A stretch of DNA of 64,000 bases from an uncultured Candidatus Rokubacteria bacterium (GCA_963789955.1 CAWBMV010000034.1:576001-640000); one strand, 5' to 3'; shown: positions 41,297 through 52,750, counted from the first letter of the stretch. The notes: generated from the letters alone by a model not told the origin. Numbers and translations: made by a program.

Positions 41297-42510
41297 CCGC
41301 CCTGCTCGCCTGGCTGCTCGGGGCGCTGACGGTCGGCCTCGCCGCGTCGATCACGCTCTCGGAATCCATGCTCGTCGTGCTCGCGGTCGTCCTCATCTTC
41401 GGCCCGCGCGGCGCGCGCCCACGGGCCGGCTGGCCGCTGCTCGGGCCGGTGGTCGCGTTCGCGCTGTGGACGCTCGTCGCCGCGCTCGCCTCCGCGCGCC
41501 CGTGGGAGAGCGTGCTCGCCTCGCGGGGGCTTCTCACGCTCGGCGCCTTCTACGTCGTGCTGAACGCGCTGCCCGACGCGCGCGCGGCCGGACGCTTCGC
41601 GAGCGGTCTCCTGATCGCCGTCGCGATCGTGGCGCTCCTGTCGATGGTGCAGGTGGGCTTCTGTCCGCCCGAGGGCACGGTCGACTCGAGCCACGCCGCG
41701 GTTCGGCTGCTGATGCGCAAGTGCGCGCGCGCCCGCGGGTTCTTCTCGATCTACATGACGCTCGCCGGCGTGCTCACGCTCGTGCTGGTCAGCGCGCTCC
41801 CGCGCGTCGCGCTGGGCGGCCGGCGGTCGGCCTGGACCGTACCGGCGTGGCTGGCCGGGCTCCTGGCACTCGGCCTGACGGAGGTGCGCGGCGCGTGGCT
41901 CGGCTTCGCCGCCGGCTGCGCGGCGGGCACGCTCGGCCTCCGCCGTCGCTGGCTCGTGCTGGCCGCGCTGGTGCTCGTGCTCGCCGGCGCGCTCGCCGTC
42001 GAGCCGCGCTTGCTCGAGCGCGTGAAGACCGTGGGGAGCCTCGCCGACGACACCACCCGGGACCGGCTCGCGATGCTCGACGCCGGACTCGGTCTCGCGA
42101 TCGCGCACCCGCTGAGCGGGATCGGGCCCGGTCAGGTCAAGAACGTCTACCCGACGGTCGCCTCCCCGGAGGCGCTTCGCCGCTCGACCAGCCACCTGCA
42201 CAACACGCCGCTGCAGATCGTCGTGGAGCGCGGGTTACCCGGGCTGGCGGCGTGGATCGCGATCTGGGTAGGATACTTCGGCGCGGCCTGGCGGGTGTTC
42301 AGGCGTGTTCCGCCGGCGAACGAAGAGGCCCGAGCGCTGGTGCTGGGCTCGATCGCCGCGATCGCGGCGTTTCTCGTCGCCGGACTCTTCGAATACAACT
42401 TCGGCGACACGGAGGTGCTGCTGGTGGCTCTCGCGCTGATGGCGCTCCCGTTCGTCGTGGAGCGCGAGCTCACGCTCGAGGCGGCGGACTCGGCTCAGCT
42501 CCGCGAGTGA
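41293..42510 (+). CDS. O-antigen ligase (WaaL/Wzy_C) family protein
   Basis: Multiple TM helices, RGAWLG, GIGPG, HLHN motif. Confidence 0.85.
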   Translation: MTALLAWLLGALTVGLAASITLSESMLVVLAVVLIFGPRGARPRAGWPLLGPVVAFALWTLVAALASARPWESVLASRGLLTLGAFYVVLNALPDARAAGRFASGLLIAVAIVALLSMVQVGFCPPEGTVDSSHAAVRLLMRKCARARGFFSIYMTLAGVLTLVLVSALPRVALGGRRSAWTVPAWLAGLLALGLTEVRGAWLGFAAGCAAGTLGLRRRWLVLAALVLVLAGALAVEPRLLERVKTVGSLADDTTRDRLAMLDAGLGLAIAHPLSGIGPGQVKNVYPTVASPEALRRSTSHLHNTPLQIVVERGLPGLAAWIAIWVGYFGAAWRVFRRVPPANEEARALVLGSIAAIAAFLVAGLFEYNFGDTEVLLVALALMALPFVVERELTLEAADSAQLRE

Positions 42511-42851
42511 CGGGCGCGATCGTAGCGGCCGAGGACCTGGCCGAGCGTCTCGGCCTGGATCAGACCCTGGGACTTCATGTCCTGGAAGACGTCGCCCCAC
42601 TTGTGCCCGCTCCGGCGCTCCTGCGCGATCTGCTCGAGCGTCATCGGCGTGGCGCCGCCGGTCGTCGTGGTCTGCGCCTCGAAGAGCGCGGTCGCGACCC
42701 GCTTGTTGCCGGGCGACAGAGACTCGAACGCGCCCGGCGAAGGAACCGACGCAAGCTCGGGCTGCGCCGCTGATTTCGACTGGGCTTCGGCCGTTCCCAT
42801 CGTTGCGACGAGCATCAGGACGCCGAGAGCCGCGGCCAGCGATCGTGTCAT
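42495..42851 (-). CDS. Secreted hypothetical protein
   Basis: Signal peptide ending AEA-Q; LSPGNKRVATALFEAQ, RSGHKWGDVF. Confidence 0.65.
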   Translation of the reverse strand: MTRSLAAALGVLMLVATMGTAEAQSKSAAQPELASVPSPGAFESLSPGNKRVATALFEAQTTTTGGATPMTLEQIAQERRSGHKWGDVFQDMKSQGLIQAETLGQVLGRYDRARHSRS

Positions 42852-43056
42852 GGGACGCTCCGTCTTGTCGTTCACCCTGCACATCTCTCGATCACCTCTA
42901 TGAAGTGAGAAGTGCACGGGCGGTGCCAGAGGCTTCCCAGACAGGCCATTTCCGATTTCTCGGGGACTTAGCGGAAATCGGACGCTTCGAGTCGGTGGTC
43001 GGGGACTGGACAGGGTGGCTCAGTCGTTCCAGACCGATGACAAATTACGGCCAGGG

Positions 43057-43893
43057 TCAGGGCAAGGGCCAGCCGAGCCATTCGCACACGCCACGCCCCA
43101 TGACCCACTCGAGGTCTGCGCCCGAGAGCCACGGCAATTCCGTAGTGAACTGGTCGACGCACTCGCGATACGTGCACGTCATCCGGGTGAGATCGGTGCC
43201 CCAGAACGTGCGGGCCGGACCAAACGCGTCGACCAGCTGGCGAATGTGCGGATGGATGTCGCGGAACGGATAGCCGTGCGCCGACAAGGACGGCATGCCC
43301 GACGCCTTCACGGCGACGTTGGGAAGCTTGGCGAGCTCGCAGACCTTTCGCAGATCTGCGAACGGGCTGCGGTCCTTCGCGGTTCGATCGAGCCCGACGT
43401 GATCGATCGTGAGCTTGAGCCCGGGGTGACGCTCGGCGATCCCGCGCAGCGCATCGAGCGAGCCGGGCACCAGCACCATCAGCGGGATCCCGGCGCGCTC
43501 GGCGGCCGGCCACAGCCAGTCCGCCGTGCCGTCGGTCAGCCATGGACGCTGCCGATCGGTGTGGAACGTGAAGCGCATCCCGAGCATGCCCGGCTGCGTT
43601 TTCCAGTCGGGGACGAGGGCGCGGCTCTCCGGCCGCTCGAGCGCCAGTCGTCCCATCACCGCGAAGCGCTTCGGGTGCAGGCGCGCCGCCTCGAGCGCCA
43701 GATCGTTGCGGTCGCCTTCCCACGAGGGCGGAACGATGACGACGCGGCTGACCCCCGCGGCATCCATCTCGGCCAGCAGCATGTCCCGGGTGACCGGGTA
43801 CGGCTTCTGAGCCCGATGCGCTCCGTCCGCCGGCCACGGCCGGTCCGGTGAATCCGCACCCCAGATGTGCACCTGCGAGTCGACGATGTGCAT
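43057..43893 (-). CDS. Amidohydrolase family 2 protein
   Basis: VDSQVHIW, TIDHVG, NVAVKAS, FWGTD. Confidence 0.88.
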   Translation of the reverse strand: MHIVDSQVHIWGADSPDRPWPADGAHRAQKPYPVTRDMLLAEMDAAGVSRVVIVPPSWEGDRNDLALEAARLHPKRFAVMGRLALERPESRALVPDWKTQPGMLGMRFTFHTDRQRPWLTDGTADWLWPAAERAGIPLMVLVPGSLDALRGIAERHPGLKLTIDHVGLDRTAKDRSPFADLRKVCELAKLPNVAVKASGMPSLSAHGYPFRDIHPHIRQLVDAFGPARTFWGTDLTRMTCTYRECVDQFTTELPWLSGADLEWVMGRGVCEWLGWPLP

Positions 43894-43964
43894 GCTGGTC
43901 CTTTCCGTTCTCGCGATATTATCGTGCCCTCGCTTCTCACGTCACGCGTCTGGGGAGATCGATC

Positions 43965-45600
43965 ATGAGTGAGGCTCGCGGCACCACGGGCTCGACGCGC
44001 AGGGAGTTCTTGCGAACCGGCGGCATGCTGGCGGCCGGGATGAGCGTCGCCCCGCTGCTCTCGGCGTGCGCCACCATCGCGCCCGGTCAGGGCATCAACG
44101 TCGAGGAGATCAGCATCGCCGACCTGCAGGCGGCGATGACCGCGGGCCGGCTCGACTCCGAGACGCTCGTGCAGATGTACCTCACGCGCATCCAGGCGAT
44201 CGATCGCAGCGGTCCCACCTTGCGCTCGGTCCAGGAGATCAATCCCGACGCGGTCGCGATCGCGCGCTCGCTCGACGAGGAGCGGCGGGCCAAGCGGGTG
44301 CGCGGGCCGCTCCACGGCATCCCGATCTTGCTGAAGGACAACATCGCCACCGCGGACAAGATGGAGACGACGGCCGGTGCCCTGGCGCTCGTCGGCGCGC
44401 GCCCGCGCGAGGACTCGACGATCGCGCTGCGGCTCCGGCAGGCGGGCGCCATCATCCTCGGCAAAGCCTCGATGAGCGAGTGGGCGTACTTCAAGTCGAC
44501 CCCCGGGTCGAGCGGCTGGAGCGCGCGCAGCGGCCAGGCGCGCAACCCGTACGTCCTCAATCGCACACCGTGCGGGTCGAGCTCCGGCTCGGCGATCGCG
44601 GTGGCGGCGAACCTCGTGACGGTGTCGATCGGCACCGAGACCGACGGCTCGATCGTCTGTCCCGGTGGTGTCAACGGCGTCGTGGGCATCAAGCCCACCG
44701 TGGGGCTGACCAGCCGCACGGGCGTGATCCCGATCTCCGTGACGCAGGACACGATCGGCCCGTTCGGGCGCACGGTCGCCGACGCGGCCACCGTCCTGGG
44801 CGCGCTCGTCGGCGTCGACTCGCGCGACCCGGCGACCCAGGCGAGCGCCGGCCGCTCGCAGACCGACTACGTCAAGTACCTCGAGCTCAACGGGCTCCGC
44901 GGCGCCCGCATCGGCGTGCCCCGCGACGGCTACTTCGGCTACAGCCCGAAGGCGGACGCGGTCGTCAACCAGGCCATCGACGCCCTGCGCACCGGCGGCG
45001 CGGTGATCGTCGATCCGGTCAAGATCCCCAACTTCGATCGAACCGCGCTCAACGCCGCCGAGATCATCGTGCTGCTCTACGAGTTCAAGGCCGGCGTGAA
45101 CGCCTATCTGGCCAGCGTGGCCCCCGGGCGCCCAGGTGCGGACGCTCGACGACGTCATCGAGTTCAACAAGCGCAACGCGCGCGAGAACCTGCCCTACTT
45201 CGGGCAGGAGCTGCTCGAGCGCGCGCAGGCGAAGGGCGACCTGACGGAGGCCGAATACCTGGAGGCGCTCGAGAAGTGCCGTCGGCTCGCGGGCAAGGAA
45301 GGCTTCGACGCGATCATGGACGAGCAACAGCTCGACGCGCTGGTCGCGCCGACGACGACGCCGGCGTGGCCGGTCGATCTCGTCAACGGCGATCAGTTCC
45401 GCGGCAGCAGCGCCAAGAGCGCCGCGCTGGCCGGCTATCCGCTCGTGACCGTCCCGGCGGGCGCCACGATGGGGCTGCCGGTCGGGATCACGTTCATGGG
45501 GCGCGCCTGGAGCGAGCCGACCTTGATCAAGCTCGCGTACGCCTTCGAGCAAGCGACGAAGGCGCGGCGTCCACCGCAGTATCTCGACGCGACACCGTAA
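43965..45600 (+). CDS. Amidase-signature enzyme, Tat-exported lipoprotein, frameshift near 45130
   Basis: TRREFL + LSAC; GPLHGIPILLKDNI, GSSSGSA, GTETDGSI. Confidence 0.9.
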
Positions 45601-45612
45601 AGGATCAGACTC

Positions 45613-46599
45613 ATGCGTGCCGTGATCTGTCGTGCGTGGGGAGAAGTCGACGGCCTTCGAGTCGAAGAGGTCGCCGTGCCGACTCCAGGGCCGGACGACG
45701 TCTTGATCTCCGTGAAGGCGACCGCCGTGAACTACGCGGACGCTCTGATGACCGCCGGTCGCTATCAGACGAAGCCGGATCTTCCGTTCAGCCCGGGACT
45801 CGAGACCGCCGGCATCGTGGCCGCGTGCGGCGCGCGGGTGACGAAGCTCAAGCCCGGCGATCGCGTGATGGCGATCCTCGCCTACGGCGGGCTCGCCGAG
45901 ATGGCGGTGGCGCCGGCGTCAGAGACGTTCGCGATCCCGTCGCGGATGAGCTTCGAGGAGGCCGGCGCCTTTCCGGTCGCCTACATCTCGAGCCACGTGG
46001 CGATTCGCTGGCAGGGCCGGCTCGAGCCCGGCGAGACCGTGCTCGTGCTCGGCGCGGCCGGCGGCGTCGGCCTCACCGCGGTCGAGATCGGCAAGGCGAT
46101 GGGAGCGCGGGTGATCGCGGCGGCGAGCACGGCCGAGAAGCTCGCGGTGGCGCGCGAGCGCGGCGCCGACGACCTCGTCAACTACTCGACCGAGAAGCTC
46201 ACCGAGCGGGTGATGGCACTGACCGACGGCAAGGGCGCCGACGTGTGCTTCGACCCGGTCGGCGGCGATCTCTTCGACGCGGCGCTCTCGGCGCTCGGGT
46301 GGGGCGGCCGCATCCTGGTCGTCGGGTTCGTGGGCGGCGTTCAGCAGATTCCCGCGAATCGGCTCCTGGTCAAGAACCGGTCGGCGATGGGAACCTCACT
46401 GCGCTACTTCCGATGGCACGCGCCGGAGAAGCTCCGCGCGTCGGTCGACGAGCTCTTGCGCTGGTACGAGGAAGGCAAGCTGAAGCCCTGCATCTCGCAC
46501 CGCCTGCCGCTGGAGAAGAGCGTCGAGGCCATCCGGCTCCTGACCGACCGCCGCGCGTACGGCAAGGTCGTCGTCGTGCCGGGCTTGAAGGGCGACTGA
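45613..46599 (+). CDS. NADPH:quinone oxidoreductase (MDR family)
   Basis: PFSPGLE, VLGAAGGVG, DPVGGD, GKVV. Confidence 0.9.
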   Translation: MRAVICRAWGEVDGLRVEEVAVPTPGPDDVLISVKATAVNYADALMTAGRYQTKPDLPFSPGLETAGIVAACGARVTKLKPGDRVMAILAYGGLAEMAVAPASETFAIPSRMSFEEAGAFPVAYISSHVAIRWQGRLEPGETVLVLGAAGGVGLTAVEIGKAMGARVIAAASTAEKLAVARERGADDLVNYSTEKLTERVMALTDGKGADVCFDPVGGDLFDAALSALGWGGRILVVGFVGGVQQIPANRLLVKNRSAMGTSLRYFRWHAPEKLRASVDELLRWYEEGKLKPCISHRLPLEKSVEAIRLLTDRRAYGKVVVVPGLKGD

Positions 46600-46601
46600 G
46601 C

Positions 46602-47366
46602 GTGGAGATCCAGGTTCGCGAGCACGGCCGGCACGTCGTGGTGCTCACGATCGACAATCAGCCCAAGCTCAACGCGATGTCGCGCCAGATGATGGCGGAT
46701 CTCGCCCGGCTGTGGGACGAGCTCGATCGCGGCCGCTGCCGGTGCGTCGTCCTCACCGGCGCCGGCACGCGCGCGTTCTGCGCCGGCGCGGACCTGAGCG
46801 GCGATCTCTCCGCGGCGCCGGAGACCGCCCGCGTCGTCAGTCACGCGCTCCTGAAGCATCACGTCTTCTCGAAGCCGATCGTCGCGGCCGTCAACGGCGA
46901 CTGCGTCGGCGGCGGCGTCGAGCTGCTGCTGTCCACCGACGTGCGCGCCGCGACGCCTCACGCCCGATTCGGGCTCCCGGAGGTGCGCTGGTCGATCTAT
47001 CCGTTCGGCGGCGCGACGGTGAAGCTCACCGAGCAGATCGGGTACGTGCACGCGATGGATCTCCTGCTGACCGGCCGGCTCATCGATGCGGCCGAGGCCG
47101 CGCGCCTCGGGCTGGTCAACCGCGTGGTGCCGGCCGAGGGGCTCATGGCGTGGGCGCTCGACACCGCCGAGACGATCGCCGCCAACAGCCCGTCGGCGGT
47201 GCAGGCGGTGAAGCGGCAGATCAGCTCGACGATCGCCGATCACGCGCTCTCGCGCGAGGCGCTCGAGCAGGAGCTCGGCGATCGCGTGCGGGCCAGCGCC
47301 GATTTTCGGGAAGGCGTCGCGGCGTTTCGCGAGAAACGGAAGCCGCGTTACGACGAGCCGGCCTAG
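46602..47366 (+). CDS. Enoyl-CoA hydratase/isomerase family protein
   Basis: AFCAGADL, AAVNGDCVGGG, FGLPEV, AFREKRKP. Confidence 0.9.
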   Translation: MEIQVREHGRHVVVLTIDNQPKLNAMSRQMMADLARLWDELDRGRCRCVVLTGAGTRAFCAGADLSGDLSAAPETARVVSHALLKHHVFSKPIVAAVNGDCVGGGVELLLSTDVRAATPHARFGLPEVRWSIYPFGGATVKLTEQIGYVHAMDLLLTGRLIDAAEAARLGLVNRVVPAEGLMAWALDTAETIAANSPSAVQAVKRQISSTIADHALSREALEQELGDRVRASADFREGVAAFREKRKPRYDEPA

Positions 47367-47386
47367 GTCGCGCGGCGCGCCGTCGT

Positions 47387-48600
47387 TCAGGCGCCGCGGG
47401 CCGGACGCGAGCGTAAGCCGCGCCCGGCGAAGAGGAGCAGCGCCGCGGCGACCCATGCGAGCGCGCCGTCGAACACGAACGCGCCGGGAATGCTGACCGC
47501 GGCGATCGCGCCGCTCGCGAGCGGACTGGCCGCGGTGCCGATCTGAAGACCGAGACCCAGCCAGCCGAATGCGGCGCCGCGATGCTCCGCGGGCACGATG
47601 GCGGCCCCCAGCGAATAGGTCAAGGTGATCGCGGCGCCGAGACAGAGGCCGGTGAACAGGCGCAGCACGAGCAACAGGACCCAGCCGCGGGGCAGCGCCA
47701 TGGCCGCGCAGAGCGGACCGCCGAGGAGCAGCCCGATCAGCAAGATGCGCGCGGCGGGCACCTCGCGCGCGAGCCGCGCGGCGACGTTGGCCGAGGTCGT
47801 CGCCGCGATCGCGCCGATCGAGACGATCGCGCCGGAGGTGGCCGCGATCTTCTCGATGCCGGGCAGGTGCGCGACTTGTAGCGGAATCAAGAGCGCGAGC
47901 CCGCGGTCGATGAACTGCGCGACGAAGAGCAGCGCCATCACCACGGCGAAGTTGCGGGTACTTGAACACGTCGCTGAGCGGCATCCGCGAGGCCGGCTGG
48001 CGCGGGGCTCCCGCGGCCGGCGACACCTCCTGGAACAGCACGATGAGCCCGACGAGCGCCAGCGCGCAGAGTCCCGCCGTCGCGAAGAACGCGTAGCGGA
48101 TCCCGAAGTGCGAGGCCACGTAGCCGCCGATCGCGGGACCGACCGCGACGCTCAGGAGCTGCGCCGACTGCACCATGCCGATCGCCGCGGGCACCTTGTC
48201 CTTGGGCGCCGAGGTCGTCGCCAGCGCCATCACCATCGGCGTGAACCCGGCGAAGAGGCCCATGACCACCCGCGCGAGGAAGAGCTGCTCGACCGAGGTG
48301 ACCAGACCCATCGCCGCCACGATGACGACGAAGCCGACCAGCGAGCGGATCAGCATGATCTTGCGGCCGAAGCGGTCGGCGAGGCGGCCGAAGACCGGCG
48401 ACAGGAGCCCCGACATTGCGGGGGTGACGGCGGCCTGGAGCGCCCGCCCACAGCGCGATCTTCGCCGGATCCGTCACGCCGAGCTCGCGGATGTAGAGCG
48501 GCAGGAACGGCGAGAAGAACTGGAAGCCGACGAACGAGATGAAGACGGTGAGGGTCAGGGCCCAGACGTTACGCCGCCAGTCGTTGGGCAGGATGCGCAT
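47387..48600 (-). CDS. MFS transporter (MdtG/YceE-like), frameshifted
   Basis: FSPFLPLYIRELG, GRLADRFGRK (MFS motif A), many TM helices. Confidence 0.85.
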
Positions 48601-50207
48601 CAGGCGCTCGCGGCGGCTCGCGCGCGCGCGAGCAGCTCGGCGAGCCGGAACTTCTGCACCTTGCCGGTGGCCGTGACCGGCAGCTCGTCGCGCCGCATCA
48701 GCCGGAATTCCTGCGGCACCTTGAACGCGGCGAGCGCCGTCTTGCAGAAGGCGCGCAGCGCGTCGGGCTCGGCGTCGTGGCCGTCGCGGAGCACGACGAC
48801 CGCGGCGAGGATCTCTTCCTTGCGCGCGATCCGGGAGGCCGACGACGTACGCCTGCTCGACCGCCGGATGGCCGAGCAGGACCTCCTCGACCTCGAGCGG
48901 GGCGACGTTGATCCCGCCGGTCTTCACCATCTCCTTGATCCGGCCGCGGAACCGGAGCCGGCCGTCGTCGCCGAGCGCGCCGAGATCACCCGTGACCAGA
49001 AAGCCGTCGGTGTCGAACGCCGCGGCGTTCTTCTCCGGATCCTTGTAGTAGCCGGGCGTCACATAGCCGCGGACGAGAATCTCGCCGACCTCGCCCGTCG
49101 GCAGCGGCCTTCGCGTCTCGCGGTCGACGATGCGAATCTCCATGCCCGGCAGCGGGCGCCCGACGGTCGTCCTCCGGATGTCGGCCGGGTCGTGCGCGTC
49201 GGTGACGCTGCAGTTGCCGTAGGTCTCGGTGAGGCCGTAGACGTTGCAGATCTCGCGCACGCCGAGATCCATCACCATCTGCATCGCCGGCGGCGGGCCG
49301 ATCGCGGCGCCGGTGCGGAGTGAGGAGAGATCGCGCCGCGCCCGGTCGGGATGCTCGGCGAGGGCGAGCGCGATGTTGGGGGTGCCGTAGTAGACGGTGC
49401 AGCGCTCGCGCTCGATCAGGGCCAGCGCGGCGCCCGGCTCGAGCGCGTCTTGCAAGACGATCGTGCCCCCGTGCGTCATCACCGCCAGGAGCGCGTTGGC
49501 GCAGCCGAAGCTCCAGAAGAGCGAGATCCCCATCCACATGCGGTCCGCCGGTGTCAGGTGCTGGCGCTCGCCGATGTTCCACATGTTCTCGACGAGGCCG
49601 CCGTGCTGGAGCTGAACGCCCTTCGGAGTCGAGGTGGTCCCGGACGTGTAGAGGATGTAGGCGACGTCGTCCGGCGCCGACGGCGCGCTGCGCGGCGTCG
49701 AGCTCGGCGTCGCCGACCGCCGCCCCGAGCTCCCAGAGCGTGTCGAAGGGCGTCAGCGGGCCGTGCCGCTCGCCGTCGACGACGACCACGCGCGCGAGCT
49801 TCGGCAGTCGCGCGGCAGCCCGGGCCGCCCAGCTCGGCCAGCATGCCCAGATAGTCCTGTCCGGCGAAGCGCGCGATCGTGATCACGGTGGTGGCATCGC
49901 AGTGGCCGAGCACGTAGCCGAGCTCGCGGGCGCGCGACCACGTACTGATCGGCACCAGGGTGGCGCCGAGCATCGCGACGGCGAAGTCGATCACGAGCCA
50001 CTCCGGCCGGTTGCCCATCAGGAGAGCAACCTTGTCGCCGCGCCGGACGCCGAGCCGCAGAAGCCCCTTGGCCAGCCGCCGGGCGCGGTCGCGCGTCGCG
50101 GCGTAGCTCAGGCGCTCGCCGCCGCCGACGATGAGCTCGTGACCGGGGTTGCGGGCCGTGATCTCGTCGAGCAGGTCGGGCAGGGTGCGGCTCCGCGGGA
50201 GGGCCAC
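48600..50207 (-). CDS. Acyl-CoA synthetase / AMP-binding enzyme, multiple frameshifts
   Basis: YTSGTTSTPKGV, VYGLTETY, TGDLG, GRIKEMVKTGG, TGKVQK. Confidence 0.88.
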
Positions 50208-50253
50208 GACCCATCATAAGCCGAGCGGCCGTTCATCCGGTATAGTGGCGCGG

Positions 50254-51131
50254 TTGACTCCTCACGCGCTCGCGCTGTCCAGCGCCCTATGCTCGGCCGT
50301 CGCGACGATGCTGATCCAGCGAGGCCTGCGGCGCTCGAACTTCTACGCGGGCTTCTGGCTCAACGTCGCCGTCGGCGCGGTGGGACTGTGGTCGGCCGTT
50401 CTCCTGCTCGTCCCGCGCGAGGACTACAACTGGCACGCCGCGCCGTACTTCATCGCGTCGGGCGTCGTCGGCACCGCGGCCGGCCGGCTCTTCCGAGTCG
50501 CCGCGATCGAGAAGGTCGGCGCCTCGGTCTCCGCGGCGATCCTCAACCTGGCGCCGCTGATCTCCACCGTGCTCGCGATCCTCTTGCTCGGCGAGCGGAT
50601 CACCGCGGCGATTCTCACCGGCACGCTGGTCGTCGTTCTCGGGACCATCCTGCTCTCGATGAGCGGACGGCACGTCGGCTTTCGGCCGCGCGACCTCGTC
50701 TACCCGTTCGTCTCGGCCATGTGCTTCGGGGTGGTGGCCATCTTGAGAAAGCTCGGCCTCGGCCTGGCCGGGCCGCTCTTCGACTCGGCCATCAACATCA
50801 CCGCCGCGCTGATTGCCTCGACCGCCTTCGTGCTCGCGTCGGGCAACCTCGGCGCGATCCGGTACGACAAGCGGAGCTTTCTCTACTTCGCCGGCGGCGG
50901 CGCCTTCGAGAACACCGGGGTCTTTCTGCTGATCTTCGCGCTCGGGCTCGGTGAGGTGAGCGTGGTCGTGCCCTTGGCGGGAACGTCGCCGCTGTTCGTG
51001 CTCCTCCTGGCCTATTGGTTTCCCAGCGGGATCGATCGCCTGAACTGGCGCCTGATCACCGGCGCCGTGCTCATCGTGCTCGGCGTGTTCCTGCTCACCG
51101 GCTGGGGCATGGCATCAGCCGCCTGGCTTGA
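50254..51131 (+). CDS. DMT/EamA family transporter (3' end uncertain; tracked ORF reads to 51396)
   Basis: Two EamA-like halves, LLGERI, GEVSVVVPL...SPLF. Confidence 0.82.
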
Positions 51132-51164
51132 CGCGTGGTCGAGCGCGGCGCTACGCTGCGCGGC

Positions 51165-52035
51165 ATGTCATGGGCCCATCCCGAATACCTCGTCGAGACG
51201 GACTGGCTGGCGGCGAATCTCGAGGACCCGGCGCTTCGCGTGCTCGAGTGCACGACGATCCTGCACCCGCGGCCCGACGGCGGCTACAAGGCCGAGTCGG
51301 GACGAGCGACGTGGGCCGCCGGCCACATTCCGCGTAGCGGCTTCGCCGACCTCACCGACGATCTCTGCGATCGCACGGCGTCGTGGCTCTACATGATGCC
51401 CGGCGCCCGAGGCGATGGCGGCCGCGATGGCTCGCCTCGGCGTCGGCGAGGGGACTCGCGTCGTGCTGTACGACCGCGCGGTGAACATGTGGGCCGCGCG
51501 CGTCTGGTGGATGCTGCGCGCCGTCGGCTTCGACCGTGCCGCGGTGCTGAACGGCGGCTGGAAGAAGTGGACGCTCGAAGGGCGCCCGACCTCCACCGAT
51601 CCGTGCGTCTATCCTCCCGCGCGCTTCGTCACGCGGCCGCGCCCCGAGATCTTCGTCGGCAAGGACGCGGTGCTCGCCGGCCTGGGGCAGCGCGCCACGT
51701 GCGTCATCAACGCGCTGTCCGAAGAGCAGCATCGCGGCACCGGCGGCGTCGCGTACGGGCGGCCGGGGCGCATCGCCGGCAGCGGCAACGTGCCGGCGCG
51801 CTCGCTCGTCGATCCGGCGACGCACGCGTACCTCGCGCCCGACGCGCTGCGGAGGCAATTCGCGGCGTCCGGCGCGCTCGCCGCCGGGCGAGTGATCACC
51901 TACTGCGGCGGCGGCATCGCGGCCAGCAGTGACGCCTTCGTGCTCACCTTGCTGGGCCACGATCAGGTGTCCGTCTACGACGCGTCGCTGTCCGAGTGGG
52001 CGTCCGATCCGTCCCTGCCGATGGAGAAGGGCTAA
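51165..52035 (+). CDS. Sulfurtransferase (tandem rhodanese, MST/SseA-like), frameshift near 51405
   Basis: LVETDWL, GHIP, AARVWWML, LNGG, YCGGGIAA, YDASLSEW. Confidence 0.9.
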
Positions 52036-52046
52036 AAGGAGCCACC

Positions 52047-52721
52047 ATGGCCACGAAGAAGAAGGGCACCGGGCTGATGATGGTCTGGACTGACGTGCCG
52101 GCGGACAAGGAGAAGGAGTTCAACCGCTGGTACAACGATGAGCATCTCGCCGAGCGGCTCGAGCTGCCGGGGTTCTTGAACGGCGCGCGGTACGAAGCCG
52201 TCAAGGGCGGGCCGAAGCATCTCGCGGTCTACGAGCTCGAGAGCGTCGCCGCGCTCGAGACTCCCGAATACAAGAAAGTCCGCGCGAACCCCACGGCGTG
52301 GACCAAGAAGTGCTCGCCCGATGTCATCGGCACGAACTTCATCCGCAACGTGTACACCTCGATCCATCCCAAGAGCATGACGCCGCCGGTGGCCGAGAGT
52401 CCGATGGCTCCAGCGCTCCAGCTCGGGCGAATGGACGTGCCGCCGGAGATCGATGCCGACTTCAACAACTGGTACAACACGATCTACATCCCGAACTACG
52501 AGAAGGTCCCCGGCGTGATCCGCGGCCGGCGCTTCCGCGCGGTGACGGGCACCCCGACCTACCTCACGTTCTACGAGTTCCAGAACCCGAAGGTCTCGGA
52601 GACACCCGCCTGGCTCGCCCAGCGGGACATCGCGCCCGAGACCCAGCGCATTCGGCCGCACATGAAGCACGCGGCGGGCTCGCCGGGGGTCTACGTGAAG
52701 ACGTTCGAGCTCGGGGGATAG
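52047..52721 (+). CDS. Hypothetical protein with two EthD/DUF4286-like dimeric alpha-beta barrel domains
   Basis: Internal duplication EFNRWYNDEH..LPGF..ARY / DFNNWYNTIY..VPGV..RRF; strong RBS AAGGAG. Confidence 0.7.
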   Translation: MATKKKGTGLMMVWTDVPADKEKEFNRWYNDEHLAERLELPGFLNGARYEAVKGGPKHLAVYELESVAALETPEYKKVRANPTAWTKKCSPDVIGTNFIRNVYTSIHPKSMTPPVAESPMAPALQLGRMDVPPEIDADFNNWYNTIYIPNYEKVPGVIRGRRFRAVTGTPTYLTFYEFQNPKVSETPAWLAQRDIAPETQRIRPHMKHAAGSPGVYVKTFELGG

Positions 52722-52750
52722 AACCGAGCGGCACCGCCGGGAGGACGGAT

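Noticed and set aside
37501..42510. 1669-aa giant multidomain ORF
   Set aside because: Stop-poor GC-rich frame that strings together in-frame parts of the Gmd/Rmd, GT4, WcaJ and ligase genes with nonsense stretches between them
43848..47366. 1172-aa amidase-crotonase fusion
   Set aside because: A frameshift near 45130 moves the amidase into an open shadow frame; the amidase C-terminus, oxidoreductase and hydratase have their own stops and starts
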